DNA of 60,220 nucleotides, the filler included, from Nemertoderma westbladi (Eukaryota; Animalia; Xenacoelomorpha), in NCBI GenBank assembly GCA_032718475.1. It is 3 parts of 3 records of this genome, joined end to end, with 100 filler letters (N's around TTAATTAATTAA, not from the genome) between each part and the next. Parts side by side here need not be neighbours in the genome. Positions count along the whole stretch, not along the records: positions 19,020 to 38,158 come from JAUCBJ010007532.1; 2 more parts are not named here. The stretch is one strand, 5' to 3'. Of the stretch, positions 24,421-36,606 are shown piece by piece (the first letter of the stretch is position 1; the number at the start of each line of letters is the position of its first letter). The position numbers and the translations under genes are program-made. The notes beneath the pieces are model-generated. The model did not search any database, was not told where the DNA came from, and saw only the letters and a program-made list of their open reading frames with translations.

Positions 24421-27373
24421 CATTGGCATACTACTACTACTAGGTCGAGCGAACTCGGACAGTGGAAATGAGATCCTTCCAGGCTTCCCGATTCTCCATA
24501 GTTGTCGCAATTTCGTTTCTCCCAAGTTCAGTATCCCTTTCAAGTTGATCTATATATGTTATGGCAGGTCGTCCACGACTACGCTTTCCATGAGTTGGTT
24601 GCCAGAGAAATAGATCTGGTATGACCTCGTCTTTACTTCGCCAGCAGTGCCCACTGAATCTTAATCTGCGTTCACGGAGGGTGGTTGATACAGGTGGTAT
24701 TGTACCATAAAGCTCGGTGTTTGTCATGTGTTGTCTCCAGCTGATGTTTAGGGCTGCCCTTAGTAGTCTTGTGTAGCAACCATCAATTCGTTGTTCAAGT
24801 GAATTAGTCAGTGTCCAGGTCTCACCCCCATATAAAAATACACTTTCCACTGTGGCTCGAAAGAACTTAGTCTTCAGGTGCCTGGAGAGATCTGATTTCC
24901 AGATGGTATCCATTTTTGATAGAGCTACCCAAGCCTTTGCTTTCCTAACTTCTATGTCCTTTTTGCTACTCTCTATCCATGATCCTAGGTACTGGAAGTC
25001 ATCGACCTTCCTTAGTTGATTATTATCAATGGTTGTCAAGTTTCCATCAACATTAAAGGTCATGAATTCGGTCTTGGTAGCATTTATATGCAATCCAACC
25101 TCCTTAGCAGCCCTCTCCACTTTATTTAGTAGAAGCTGTGCATCTGCTAGCGTATTAAAGAGCAGGGCGATGTCATCCGCAAAGTCGGTGTCTGTGACTG
25201 TAGTTGCCGGATATCTACTATTTCTGCGTTCTTGAAGTGTGAATCCCAGATCTTCACCCTTTGTGGCCGTCCTCATTGCGTAATCCAGCACAATTACAAA
25301 TAGTAATGGTGCTAATGTGTCACCTTGCAGTACGCCAGCCAGGATTGAGAAAAATTCAGTTTCACCATCTGGTGAGAGTACCTGCGCTTCTGTATCACAA
25401 TATAACAATCCAATGCCAGCAACAATTACTTCTGGTATTCCATAAGCTCTTAGGATTTCAAGCATTTTACCTCTATGGATGGAGTCGAATGCCTTCTTGA
25501 AGTCCACAAAAGTCATGACTGCGGGGTGATTCTTTGACTTAATTCCTTCAATCAGTCTCCGTAGTGCAAGTATCTGAGCTATTGTTGATCTACTTGGTCG
25601 AAATCCGTTTTGGCTCTTACGCAGTAGTTTCTCTATGTGAGGCCTAATCCTATATAAAATCATTTTATTGTATATTTTGGCAGCTACCACAAGCAGACAG
25701 ATCCCACGATAGTTTGTTGGTATACCGAGGTCTCCTTTCTTGGGGAGAGGCTTTAGTTGACCTTTAGTCCAAATTGGTGGTGGATTTTCCCCTTTTAACA
25801 TCCGGTTGCAAACATTCAATAATGGTCTATTTAGCACTCCGGTTTTCCATACCTCCGCTGGGATTTCATCTAATCCACCCGCTTTATTATTGGACATGCT
25901 TTTAATGCTTCTTTGGATTTCGGCAGGTGTGAAGTCCCCTGTTTCTATAGGTAGTGTATTGTCATATACTTTCCTTGTAGGGCTGACGTCGATGTTTGGT
26001 GGCTGCCCAAGCAAGTTGCTGAAGTGATTTTTCCACTTCCCAACACGTTCTTCAGGACTATCGGCTTTGAGGCGCCCCTTTGCACAACTTTTCCGACCAG
26101 ATACCTCATTTACAGTTTGCCAGGTAAGTCTTGATTGTTGCTGTATGTGAGCAGTTGTAATTGCTTCAGTTTTATCCTGTATGTACTTTTCCTGGCTGAT
26201 GTTGTAGGCTAATTTAAGATCGTCCTTAGCTTTCTCAACCTTGTTAATGTTTTCGGTTGTTGGTTGTTCGGTTTTTACTTTGTAGGCTATCTTAAGATCT
26301 TCTCTCTTACAAGTAACCTCAGAGTTTTGCCTTGGCACATACTGTTTTCGTTTAGGTTTCTGGGGGATATGCCTCTTAGCTGATTCCTTGTGTGCTGTTA
26401 TTATATTCTGGTATATTGAATTGGTGGATTGTTCTTCATCCATTGACTGAAGTGCTTCAAAGCGGTTTTGAACTTCTACTGTATAAGCATCCTTTACAGC
26501 ATTGTCAGTTCTGAGTTTCTCCCAGTCATAGTTGATTTGCTTGCTTGTCCTGGGTTTGCTGCCTCTCAAACTGAGTCTGATCTCTGCAGTCACAATTCTG
26601 TGGTCCGAACCAATTAGGTTGAACGAGCTGTATGCCTCGCAGTTGATCATGCTATTTCTCCACTTTTTGTTTATAAGGATGTAATCCAGTTGTGCTTTGG
26701 TTCCATTAGGGTATTGAAAGGTCCATAGCTTCCCCTTACTCTTTTCGAATGTGTTGTTTGTTGGTATCAATTCACATTCTTCCATTAGGTCTAAAAGTAA
26801 GTACCCATTTCTGTTAGAACTGGTGTAACCCTTGATGTCTTCTGGTCCAATTTGCGCATTCAGGTCACCAGCAATGACTTTAACATTGTGTTTCGGGATG
26901 TCCTTAATAAGTCCAGTCAGTTCTTCATAAAACTTGACTGCTTGTTCTGGCTCTGATGCATTGGTTGGACTGTAGCAACATATAACTGTTGTCTTGGGAT
27001 TCCCATCAAATGTTGCGATCATAACCCTGGAATTTATAGATTCGATGTTGTTTAGGGTCTTAAGTGCAAATGGGCTTAGCAGAATTCCTACTCCACCAAT
27101 TGATGCATTGGCCGAGTTTCTTACTGCTGAGCTTGTTACTAACGTCCATCCATTTCCAATGTCATTGTACTTCATGGCAGTGTCTTCATGACAATTCCGA
27201 TGTTCTTGGATGCAGATGATGTCGATGTTATATTCCATTGCCAGAGCGACCATGTCACCCTGTTTGCTCTGTGCTTTCAGCGTGCGTGCGTTCATTGTAG
27301 CAATCTTTAGTGTCTTTTTACATTTCAACAGGTTGGTTCTTCTTTCTTCTCTGTCTTCTGGCATTGGCATACT
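24421..27373 (-). mobile_element. RTE-clade LINE with 12-bp TSD and (TAG)n tail
   Basis: CATTGGCATACT at 24421-24432 and 27362-27373; CTA repeats at the 3' end. Confidence 0.93.
24440..27370 (-). CDS. RTE polyprotein: AP endonuclease + reverse transcriptase
   Basis: 976 aa uninterrupted; TMNARTL, CIQEHR, GDLNA, LDYIL, SDH; QNGFR, DFKKAFD, GVLQGD, FADD, RRLRFSGHCWR. Confidence 0.96.
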   Translation of the reverse strand: MPMPEDREERRTNLLKCKKTLKIATMNARTLKAQSKQGDMVALAMEYNIDIICIQEHRNCHEDTAMKYNDIGNGWTLVTSSAVRNSANASIGGVGILLSPFALKTLNNIESINSRVMIATFDGNPKTTVICCYSPTNASEPEQAVKFYEELTGLIKDIPKHNVKVIAGDLNAQIGPEDIKGYTSSNRNGYLLLDLMEECELIPTNNTFEKSKGKLWTFQYPNGTKAQLDYILINKKWRNSMINCEAYSSFNLIGSDHRIVTAEIRLSLRGSKPRTSKQINYDWEKLRTDNAVKDAYTVEVQNRFEALQSMDEEQSTNSIYQNIITAHKESAKRHIPQKPKRKQYVPRQNSEVTCKREDLKIAYKVKTEQPTTENINKVEKAKDDLKLAYNISQEKYIQDKTEAITTAHIQQQSRLTWQTVNEVSGRKSCAKGRLKADSPEERVGKWKNHFSNLLGQPPNIDVSPTRKVYDNTLPIETGDFTPAEIQRSIKSMSNNKAGGLDEIPAEVWKTGVLNRPLLNVCNRMLKGENPPPIWTKGQLKPLPKKGDLGIPTNYRGICLLVVAAKIYNKMILYRIRPHIEKLLRKSQNGFRPSRSTIAQILALRRLIEGIKSKNHPAVMTFVDFKKAFDSIHRGKMLEILRAYGIPEVIVAGIGLLYCDTEAQVLSPDGETEFFSILAGVLQGDTLAPLLFVIVLDYAMRTATKGEDLGFTLQERRNSRYPATTVTDTDFADDIALLFNTLADAQLLLNKVERAAKEVGLHINATKTEFMTFNVDGNLTTIDNNQLRKVDDFQYLGSWIESSKKDIEVRKAKAWVALSKMDTIWKSDLSRHLKTKFFRATVESVFLYGGETWTLTNSLEQRIDGCYTRLLRAALNISWRQHMTNTELYGTIPPVSTTLRERRLRFSGHCWRSKDEVIPDLFLWQPTHGKRSRGRPAITYIDQLERDTELGRNEIATTMENREAWKDLISTVRVRST

Positions 27374-27480
27374 GTAAGTTAAGTTTTAACATTTCTTATA
27401 AATAGTGGTGCAAGCATAAAACTGAAATCACGCAAATTTAAAAGAACCGGGTGTGCTGTCATAGCAAAGTTTCATTTTTT

Positions 27481-27641
27481 ATTATGTGGGGGACGAGCCA
27501 CAAAGTCAGCTAGCCCCACGCCTTTTTGTTTAGACAATTGTTTGGTTTACTCACTGCTGACCGACAAGGTTTATTTGTAATAGTCTTGTAAATAGGATTC
27601 TTCCCACAGGCTCCTTCCAGCCAGCTTGCTGGCTTTCTAGT
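27481..27641 (+). mobile_element. Helitron/Helentron-like 3' end
   Basis: Repeated at 28411-28567; ends hairpin AGCCAGCTTGCTGGCT + TTCTAGT; inverted end at 27998-28021. Confidence 0.65.
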
Positions 27642-27875
27642 TAGGAGCCCGTTCGACAGCGGGATATTTACTGTAAAAAATCTCAGGTCATTATATCACA
27701 CTGACTGACTGACTGATAATAATCCAGGTTCAGGCACTTCTTGCCTGGCGATTTTGATGACATTTTGCAAGTACATTGCTTTGGTGGTTCATACTCGCAT
27801 TACAAAATTTCAGATCGATTTTATGTGGGGTATTCGATATATTACGTTTTTTGACATAACTTTGCCGCGAAATTA
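27641..27875. repeat. Second copy of the 23756-24010 repeat
   Basis: Colinear similarity throughout. Confidence 0.8.
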
Positions 27876-28410
27876 AATGTATATAGACATTCATGGACAC
27901 CTGTGGCAAAGAAATACATAGAGAGTTGGGTTTAGGAGCATTATTGTGCAGGCCTGACCCATTAGAATTAATACATCAAAGGCAGCCCTATCAATTAACT
28001 AGAAAAGCCAGCAAGCTGGCTATAAGAAGATCACCCATAGACAAACGTAATGTAGTTGGGTCCCTCCCCATTGAACAGCTTTGCTTACAGTCTGAGAGAA
28101 ATCTGAGAGAATTGAGCCCCTTAAAGGAAGCTCGCCTACCACCTATACTGTAGAAGTGATTAACCTTATAGATATTCCCATAGGATTTACTGGGAAGAGA
28201 TTATTCAGCTGAATAACACTCAGAGGTAATAAATACATTTAGATGGAAACTAAATTTATTATTTGGCTGTATTCGTTGTTATTTATCTGGTTGTGCACGA
28301 TGGGAATTTTTTATAAATATTCGGCAATCTTATATCTTGTAAACGTGCTTGTTAATGAAATTATTTGCTTCATATTATATTTTTGTTAGTGGTAGCAAAG
28401 TTAAATTTTA

Positions 28411-28567
28411 ATTATGTGGGACGAGCCACAAAGTCAGCTAGCGTCACGCCTTACAGTTTAGACAATTGTTTAGTTTACTTACTGCTGACTGACATTGTTC
28501 ATTTGTAATAGTCTTGGCTAGGATTCTTCCCCCGGGCTCCTTCCACCCAGCTTGCTGGCTTTCTAGT
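28411..28567 (+). mobile_element. Helitron/Helentron-like 3' end, copy 2
   Basis: Homologous to 27481-27641. Confidence 0.65.
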
Positions 28568-28919
28568 TCCATTCTCGAGATATACGACCCTCTACATTGA
28601 GGTTGTTCCTAAATGTCTATAATAATTTCAATTTAAGGTGACTCATCACTTCAGTCAAAATAAACAGGTAACACGGTGTAGCCCACATTTTCACTTTCGC
28701 AGGTGAGTGAAAGCATTTAGTGTTTGGCGAAATGTAGACTACTATATATCTGAACTATTCCTGTATGTAATCCCAATGTAATTGTGTAATGTGGTCATGT
28801 CTTGTTGTACAGTAGGTCTCTGTAAGCAATCATACAGCTGAAATTTATATTCCATTACATATTTTATAATCTATGAAGAGATCTCATGGGTATACCAGAG
28901 AAAATTATTCGATCTCTAG

Positions 28920-29178
28920 TTTCGAGCTGACCCGTTTCGAGTTGATCCGTTTTGAGCTGACCCGTTTCGAGCTGACCCGTTTCGACCCCATCCGTTTTGA
29001 GCTGACCCGTTTCGAGCTGACCCGTTTCGAGCTGACCCGTTTCGAGCTGATCCGTTTTGAGCTGACCCGTTTCGAGCTGACCCGTTTCGAGCTGACCCGT
29101 TTCGAGCTGACCCGTTTCGAGCTGATCCGTTTCGAGCTGACCTGTTTCGAGCTGACCCGTTTCGAGCCGACCCGTTTC
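28920..29178. repeat. 15-bp minisatellite x17
   Basis: TTTCGAGCTGACCCG. Confidence 0.97.
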
Positions 29179-29539
29179 ACCAGTTATACCGCAGTTTCTT
29201 CAACCTTGTTGTATTTTGTTGATAAAGCTTCTTTGTATGTATATTAAAGAATAACTGAGATAAGGTCATTCGAAAGTTACATGATTTTACTCTGCCAGAG
29301 CTTGTTTTAGTCGATTTAATAGATACACCGTATTCTGGAACATAGGCCCTGCTGTATTTATAAATACAATATATATAGATGTAATCTCATTAAGATTTGT
29401 AGAAAACATTCGGGGGGTCGGGTGGGGTCAACTGGGGATATTTACATAAATAAACGAGGGAATTTACCGTCGTAGGTAACTAACTATCCGAGGTTAAAAA
29501 TAATTAATACTCCAGGCGTATTCTAGAAGATTATAGTAT

Positions 29540-30030
29540 CTACTACTACTACTACTATTAGGATCGGCATGCTGCATTGCAGCTGCATTTTTAAGAATGC
29601 TGTGCCGACAAAGTTGCGCCGCCACAACTCACTATCACCCATGACATTTGCTAGATGATCCGCATCTTCAAGGCCAGTGTCCTTTAAGATGCGTCTCAAG
29701 AAAGTCATGGGCTGTCCACCATGCTTATTCACTCCATGAGGCTGCCAAAGTACAAGATTATGCACTGGCTGGTCCTCACGGCGAAAGCAATGTCCTGCAA
29801 AGCGGAGGCGATTTTGTTCTAGTGTCAAGCTTGGGGGAACCAATGAGACACCTCCAATGTTATATAGTGTCTGATTGGAGATGTGTGCATTGTACTTGAC
29901 ACAATGAACCCGCGTAGCATTCTTGTGAATGTGCCATCCAGAGATTTGGTGTCCTCAGCAGTTAGAGCCCAGCATGAACTCCCATAGAGGAGTACTGGAA
30001 CTACTGCTGCTCTAAATAATCGGACCTAAG
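29540..30030 (-). mobile_element. 3' fragment of a second RTE family, degenerate, (TAG)n tail
   Basis: VRLFRAAV.PVLLYG..CWALT, RLRFAGHCFRREDQPVHNLVLWQP; CTA repeats at 29541-29556. Confidence 0.85.
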
Positions 30031-30084
30031 AATAGTATCTAAGTTATTGATTAGGCTACTTTACATTGCTTTACTTTCGGTATA

Positions 30085-31195
30085 TAGTGTTGCAACGGCA
30101 TCCCGATGGAAAATCCCGATCCCGCCCGATCACGATGAAAAAATATCGGGATTTGCTATACCTGAATTTAAATATGGCATGCAGCTTACAATTTGTAAAT
30201 TTTATAAAAATGTACAATTTTTCCCAATAACAAAATCAACAATTTTTGTCAAAAACAAAATAATGAATAATAAAATAAAGTATAGGTAACAGTTTTGTTT
30301 TTACAACTACCTGCAGTCAGCGCTACAGAGATATACACGAACGTCTATATTATAATAATATAAACATTTTATTTATTGAATATGATAAACATTTTTATGT
30401 CGCAGCTGGTTTCACTGTGTGAAGTACAATGCTCACATCTCAAACCAGACACTATACTGAGGCTATATAACATTATAGGTGTCTCCCCAAGCTTGACACT
30501 AGAACAAAGCCGCCTCCGCTTTGCAGGAGATTGTTTTCGCCGTGAGGACCAGCCAGTGCACAATATCTTGTACTTTGGCAGCCCCATGGAGAAAATAGGC
30601 ACGGTGGACAGCCCATGACCTTCTTGAAACGCCTCCTAAAGGACACTGGCCTTGAAAATGCGGATCATCTCGCGCGAAAGTCATGGGGAGATAGAGAGTT
30701 GTGGCGGTGCAAATTTGATGACAAGACGGGCGGCATAGCATTCATAATGCACACTGCATTGGGATTCCCAATTGTGGATTTCATATGGTGGTGACAAAAT
30801 ATTTTTGTTAAGCCAGCATAGCATCTCAATGTGCAGTTTCAATGCAGCAGGCCTATTATATTATAGAGATGTGACAGCGATTCAGTCAGACTGCTGTAGG
30901 TATATAAAAAATGTTGCAGAAATTATTTGTGAATCATGAGTTATTTGTGAATTTATATATCTGTGAACCATTTGAAACAAAGTCGGTGGAGATTTTTACA
31001 TTCTCGGCAGTTTTTAGTACGTGAGATTTCTCGAAAGATTTTTACTCCTGGGCAGGGCAGATAAATACTTTATTGAATTTTGGATGAGTATGGCCGCAAT
31101 AAAATTAGAAAATCCCGATCCCGAAAATCAGGATCCGACAGTTGCAATCCCGAATCCCCAAAAAAATTGTGGATCCCGATCTCATTGCAACACTA
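30085..31195. mobile_element. Non-autonomous TIR element (hAT-like) with nested RTE fragment
   Basis: TIR TAGTGTTGCAA / TTGCAACACTA, subterminal ATCCCG repeats, GTATA on both flanks. Confidence 0.75.
30400..30760 (+). mobile_element. Degenerate 3' fragment of the second RTE family
   Basis: SLTLEQSRLRFAGDCFRREDQPVHN; homologous to 29560-29900. Confidence 0.8.
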
Positions 31196-31246
31196 GTATA
31201 TAGCTTCATCTCTCGTACAAAACTTTACACAAAGTTATTTAATTAG

Positions 31247-31932
31247 TTAAACAGTTGTTTGATAAGATTGTCGGACTTTAGAAAGAAACTCGGCGATTTC
31301 GTCGTAGCCGGCTGAACGCGCTAATTCAGCCGGCGTTGCGCCGTCGCCATTCTCCTGTTGCACCTTGGACCCAGCAGCAACCAACGCCTTAACGATATTA
31401 ACGTGTCCAAACAAGGCGGCCGCATGCAACGCTGTCTCCCTATTGGCTAACACCCCTAGACTAGCTCCATGGTTGATCAACTGCACCGCTATCTCTAGGT
31501 AACCTTTGTGACTCGCCTTGAACAACGCCGAGGCTCCATCCTTCCTACAGATTTCCACGTCGGCCCCTGATTTAAGGAGTTCCTTTACGACTTCCAGATG
31601 TCCCATCTGACAGGAGATCCATAACGGAGTCGCCATGTCGTCCCTCTGGTTATCCACAATGACTCCCTTAGCTAATAACATAGACACTAATCGTGTGTGA
31701 CCATTCTGTGCCGATATAAACAGTCCGCTCGCTCCGTCCACCATACGAGCGTTAATATCGGCCCCCCTCGCTACCAGTACTTCTACAACTCCGACCTGAT
31801 TGGCCTGGCAAGCGACCAATAGTGGCGTACCTCCGTCGTGACTCGCTAAATCTATAGGAGAACCCGCGTCCAATAAGAGTTTACAGATCTCTAAATGTCC
31901 ACCTTGAGCTGCGAAAAATAACGCGCACGTCC
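31247..31932 (-). CDS. ANKRD29: Ankyrin repeat protein 29, coding exon 2
   Basis: Acceptor TTTTTAG|GG ACG TGC GCG TTA TTT TTC (GTCALFFAAQGGH); consecutive ANK repeats incl. DGGTPL, PLWISCQMGH, ALFKASHKG. Confidence 0.85.
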
Positions 31933-32775
31933 CTAAAAATAAACAAAAATATAATATAAAGTGAAATTATATTATATTATAATTACAGGTTAGATGCATA
32001 AGGCAGTATGGCATAGTACGGAATTATGTATGATAATTCTTTGTCGCAAACCTTAATATTGTTACTGATTCAGCTAAAATAACTGTTTAATTTTGCGAAT
32101 ATTTAATTTCATTAATTAATAGTTAATGCATTTATTAAAGGAAATGATCAGACTGTACTGTGACGTGGTTTTCTAACAAAAAAACTAAACACTAAAACTA
32201 ACAATTTGAGTATATTTTTAAGTCCTAGTTTAACAATATCAAAATCGTTGTTCTATTGAATTTAGTTTTTTATTTTGGTTAGAATTTATTATATATTGTA
32301 TTACAGTTTATTGTTTTGGATAGACCACCATAAAATATAACCTGATCCTTCCCTTTAATTGAGAATTTAACATTGAGGCGAGATATTCTAATTAACCGCC
32401 GAGGGTATTAATTGTGCCCAGTTTTCCCATTGTGTCGCAGCAGGAGCAGCCGCACCGCAAATTGAAATTTACATGCGACAGTTTTTCTGAAATAAATAGT
32501 GGTCTTCTTGTACACGTAGTCAGTGAACATCACATTGCAGTACCGGTACTCATTACAGTTACAGAGTAATAGGTATTGTCTATTATAGGTATTGTCTATT
32601 ATAGGTATTGTCTATTATAAACTCTATAGAGTCTAAAGCTATTAAATTTAAAAATTTACGAATTTTTGCTTCCGATAGATTGAGACGTTTTCTGCGATGT
32701 GTGCTACTAGTAAGGATGACTGAATACTTGGCTCGCCCCACATTATGGGCCTAGGCCTATAATAAATGAACAAAC

Positions 32776-33022
32776 CGGTGTGTCTCCTAAGCGCGGGATT
32801 GGCTCCCCTCGTTAGCAGCTCTTTAGTCAACCCGAGATGGCCGTTGGCTGCCGCCAGAATCAGCGCGGTTGTCCCTTCTTTGTCCCTCCCATCCACAGGC
32901 ACATTAAAGTCCTCCAATAAATGTCGGACCTCAGATGCGATTCCCTGCATTGCCGCTAGGTGGTATTGCTGTTGGTACTCTAGTTCTTTATCTGACGCCT
33001 GGGTTATTCTCTCGATGTCCAT
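32776..33022 (-). CDS. ANKRD29: ANKRD29 coding exon 1; spliced product 310 aa
   Basis: ATG 33022 (MDIER); GTTALILAAANGH; phase-1 donor ACCG|GTTTGT matches exon 2 phase. Confidence 0.8.
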
Positions 33023-34860
33023 TCTTATGTTACGTAGGCTGGATGGAAACCACAATTCCAGTTAATATTTCATGGCATAATGAGATATATGTTAAAGATT
33101 AAATTTTTAATAAATAATACTGCATATTACTGTATTAAAAATAATAATTAATGGGTTTACACAACAAATATTTCATTTTACTTTAATGCCATGTAAGAGT
33201 GTAAATGCTACATCAGTTAATCAACAACCGAAAACCACAGCCGACCTTAATCAACCACACTGTAACCTGTTCTTTTTCCTTTAATTTATAACTATTCGTT
33301 TAATAACTGGGTACCGGTACTGCTTACACACCCATACAGTAAATTGAACAAATGCAATATAGCTGTATAGTCTATATCGTTATTCTTAACTTTCCAATTG
33401 CCGCATTAAAGAAATCTCAAACATTTGTAATGTTTGTTCTGTCAACTTGTTATCAAAGAGATTACGTGAAGGATAGGAATTAATTGAATTGTTAATATAT
33501 ATGCTTGTATTGTGAATATGATAGACAATGTATGAATGGTGCAGATATATAAATGACAAGGTATTGGGGTAACCCCATATATAATATACTGAATGTTTGA
33601 GCCTGATACCGGTTGGTAATTACATCACGTAACCCTCATAAATGTTCACATAATTTAGGTTTAAGACTTGAGAGTCAGTATAGCATCATGAGTTTAGTTA
33701 CAGGCGTCTCAAATAAATTTAGTTATAATAATGCTGCAATATCCCAGATAAAATCCTGAATGATTAAGTGCACAGATTAACTAAATAATTATTTTCTCGT
33801 TTAGCTAACATTTTCGAGAATTCTTACAATAAAAAAAAAGAAGATAATTTCTGTTACCGTTAGCTTCAAAATCTATCTGTGTGATATTTAACTTTATTCA
33901 AAATGGATACGGAAATGAAAGACTCAATAAATATTAAATCGCTCTCTGTCTGGCAATAGATTCTCTCAGCATTGTAAATTCTCAACCCTATATTAGAGCA
34001 GACGGCCAATAAAACCATTCGGCTGTTTATTCAATCTGTATTTTTGGCCTATAGAATGAATGGTCTCTTCTCTACACAAGGATTTCTCTCTGGTATAATG
34101 TACCTGGGATATATTATTACCGGGATTATTTGACATCAGACAGTCTGTTCTTACACAGTCCCTATTACTCCCAGACAAGCCCACCCCAGCTCCTTACAGA
34201 GCTGACACGTTGACCCGAAATCTGCTGAGACACTCAAACAAATTCCTGAAGCCAAATACAATATATTGCTTAACTATCAACTTAATGCCAGAGCTAAACT
34301 CAATACTGCAAAATAGTTTTAATATTTTCTTTATTTTTCTGTAATATAAAATCACTTTACACCATTAGAAACTACAACTATTATGTAGTGGATATATTAT
34401 GCATTACGTATTGTCCAAATAATCAATTCGAAAATTGATGTCATATCAGCATATCTTTTTCATGTTCATTTCATACTGTAGCTAGGACAGCTGAAGTCTA
34501 TTGATCATGTGCTGGAGTGCTCAATGCTTAGGCCTATTAAGTATTAACGTGACACTATTCAGCAATTATTACTATTATTATAAATGATAATAATAATTCA
34601 ATTATTAATTTCTTCAATGTTGGTAAACCTTTTAAAATTTAGATTTAAATAATTTATATTACCGGTAGGCGTAGCTGCGTAGGCCTACTGTACAGCATTA
34701 CAATTTTACAGCAGTCAGGTTAACAGTTAAAACTTCTCTGAGCAGGAAATGTACGAAGGCTAATACTTAGTTACTGATAATGATAGAAAATAGGGGGTGA
34801 GTACAAAACAACGATCCATGACCCAAATACTAAAGACCTGTACCCGCACAAAATACATGT

Positions 34861-35152
34861 GTTAACTTTCGTTTATTGTTTTGGTTCCCCCAACACGCCT
34901 CTGTAACCTGCTCCTTTACTAACCTGCTCGTTTAAATGATACTGGAACCTAACGCTCTTTGGGACCTGTACTAAACAAAGAGGCAAAGTCGCTTTAGGTC
35001 CCAAAGAGCGTTAGGTCCCAAAAAGCGTTAGGTCCCAAAGAGCGTTAGGTCCCATTGCCACTTAATGGGCACTTATGGGAACAGGTTTGTAATGGAACAG
35101 GTTACACTACAAAGGCGTGTTGGGGTAAACCAAAACAATAAACGAAAGTTAG
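34861..35152. mobile_element. MITE-like inverted repeat with internal 17-bp tandem repeats
   Basis: AACTTTCGTTTATTGTTTTGGTT.CCCCAACACGCC mirrored at 35114-35150; AAAGAGCGTTAGGTCCC x3. Confidence 0.75.
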
Positions 35153-35473
35153 GTTACAAGATTATGCAGATTACTTAATTGGATTTTTGGTCTTTGTATT
35201 GTACTCACCCGCTAATAAGACTCATGTTTGCTTACTTTGTCCTTCGCCAAGGGCACACATACGTACTGTCACTAGAGTCTTAAAACCTTCCACATACCAC
35301 CACCTAAGAAATCTGTCCAAAAATATAACAATTACTTATTCAAAAAAGATTGTGGCCGATTTAATCCGATATTAATTCTAATTTTAAACGATCTTACAGT
35401 AAATTTTACACCGGTACAATTACATATTTCAGTATTTCATTTATAAATTAAACTGAAAGTAATTGAAGCTAAG

Positions 35474-35783
35474 ATGAGCGAGGCTCAGTTTAACATAACG
35501 ATACCGGGTCCGGCACCCTGGGGATTCCGGGTGTCTGGGGGTGTGGATCTCAACCAATCGCTGACTATCTCACGCGTAACCCCGGGTAGCAAAGCGTCGC
35601 AATGCGATATACAGGCCAACGATGTAGTCTTACGTATAAACGGACAACCTACAGAGGGTATGACGCATCTTCAGGCTCAGAATATAATCAAAGATTGCTA
35701 CGGGTCCTTGGATCTTTCGTTGTTACGAGCCGGGCCGGGGCATGCGTCGGTATGGAAACCAAAGATTACAGTCAATCAGGGAT
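35474..35783 (+). CDS. PDZ and LIM domain protein (ALP/Enigma/Zasp family), exon 1 (PDZ)
   Basis: GPAPWGFRVSGGVDLNQSLTISRVTPGSKA...MTHLQAQNIIK; donor GGAT|GTAAAC at 35784. Confidence 0.9.
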
Positions 35784-36606
35784 GTAAACGCTACGCCGAT
35801 AACCGACAAACAACTACTGACAACCGACAACCGACTACTGACAACCGACAACCGACTACTGACAACCGACTACCTGACTACTGACATTCACTAAAAATGA
35901 AACTAGTATATACTGTTTATGTATTAATAAATACTACCCATTAGCAATTAATGTTGAATCATGTATTTATGGTAAACAAAAGCAAAATAGCATTTTCTTG
36001 TTTTGAAAATAAATTAATTAAATTTAAATAAATAATCATAATTATTATTTTGCTACACTATTTATACGAGATTAGCTATAGTGGAAGTTTCTAAACAATT
36101 TGGCAAACCATTTGCAAATTATTACATAGACTCTCGTGCATTAATTTATTGTTTTGGTTAAAATAACCTGCCATCTTTCGCCAATTTATATAATTAACAT
36201 TACCGGTAATTAATGAACTTTTCTTGCTATTGAGACTTAAAGTGTCTTAATTGGTCCCATTTCGCCTCAAGACTGACTCACTCACTGCCTGTGATTTTTA
36301 CTTAACACAGATTAATACCGTCTCAATGTTAAATTATCAGTTGATGGAAAGGATAGTTGCAGTTTCCCTACTCTGGCACTAATTTTCGCCAAAACATTAA
36401 ACTAAAATCAATACAGTAGAACAGTTTATTACAGTTTTCCTTTTGGGGTTAATCAGCTGTTATTTACGTCGATTTTACTCTGCTAAGTAAATTTTATTGC
36501 GTCGAAATCTTAAAAAAAAATCTGTCCCCCTTATCTGTAAAATTCATCCGTACTTATTAAAATTTGTCGGCTTTGTTTGTCGGATGTCGGCGTAGCGTTT
36601 ACCCCC
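35780..36606. mobile_element. Non-autonomous TIR element (Mutator-like) forming PDLIM intron 1
   Basis: 34-bp TIRs, 30/34 match; flanked by GTCAATCAG (35771-35779) and GTTAATCAG (36607-36615); internal 21-bp GACAACCGACAACCGACTACT repeats. Confidence 0.85.
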
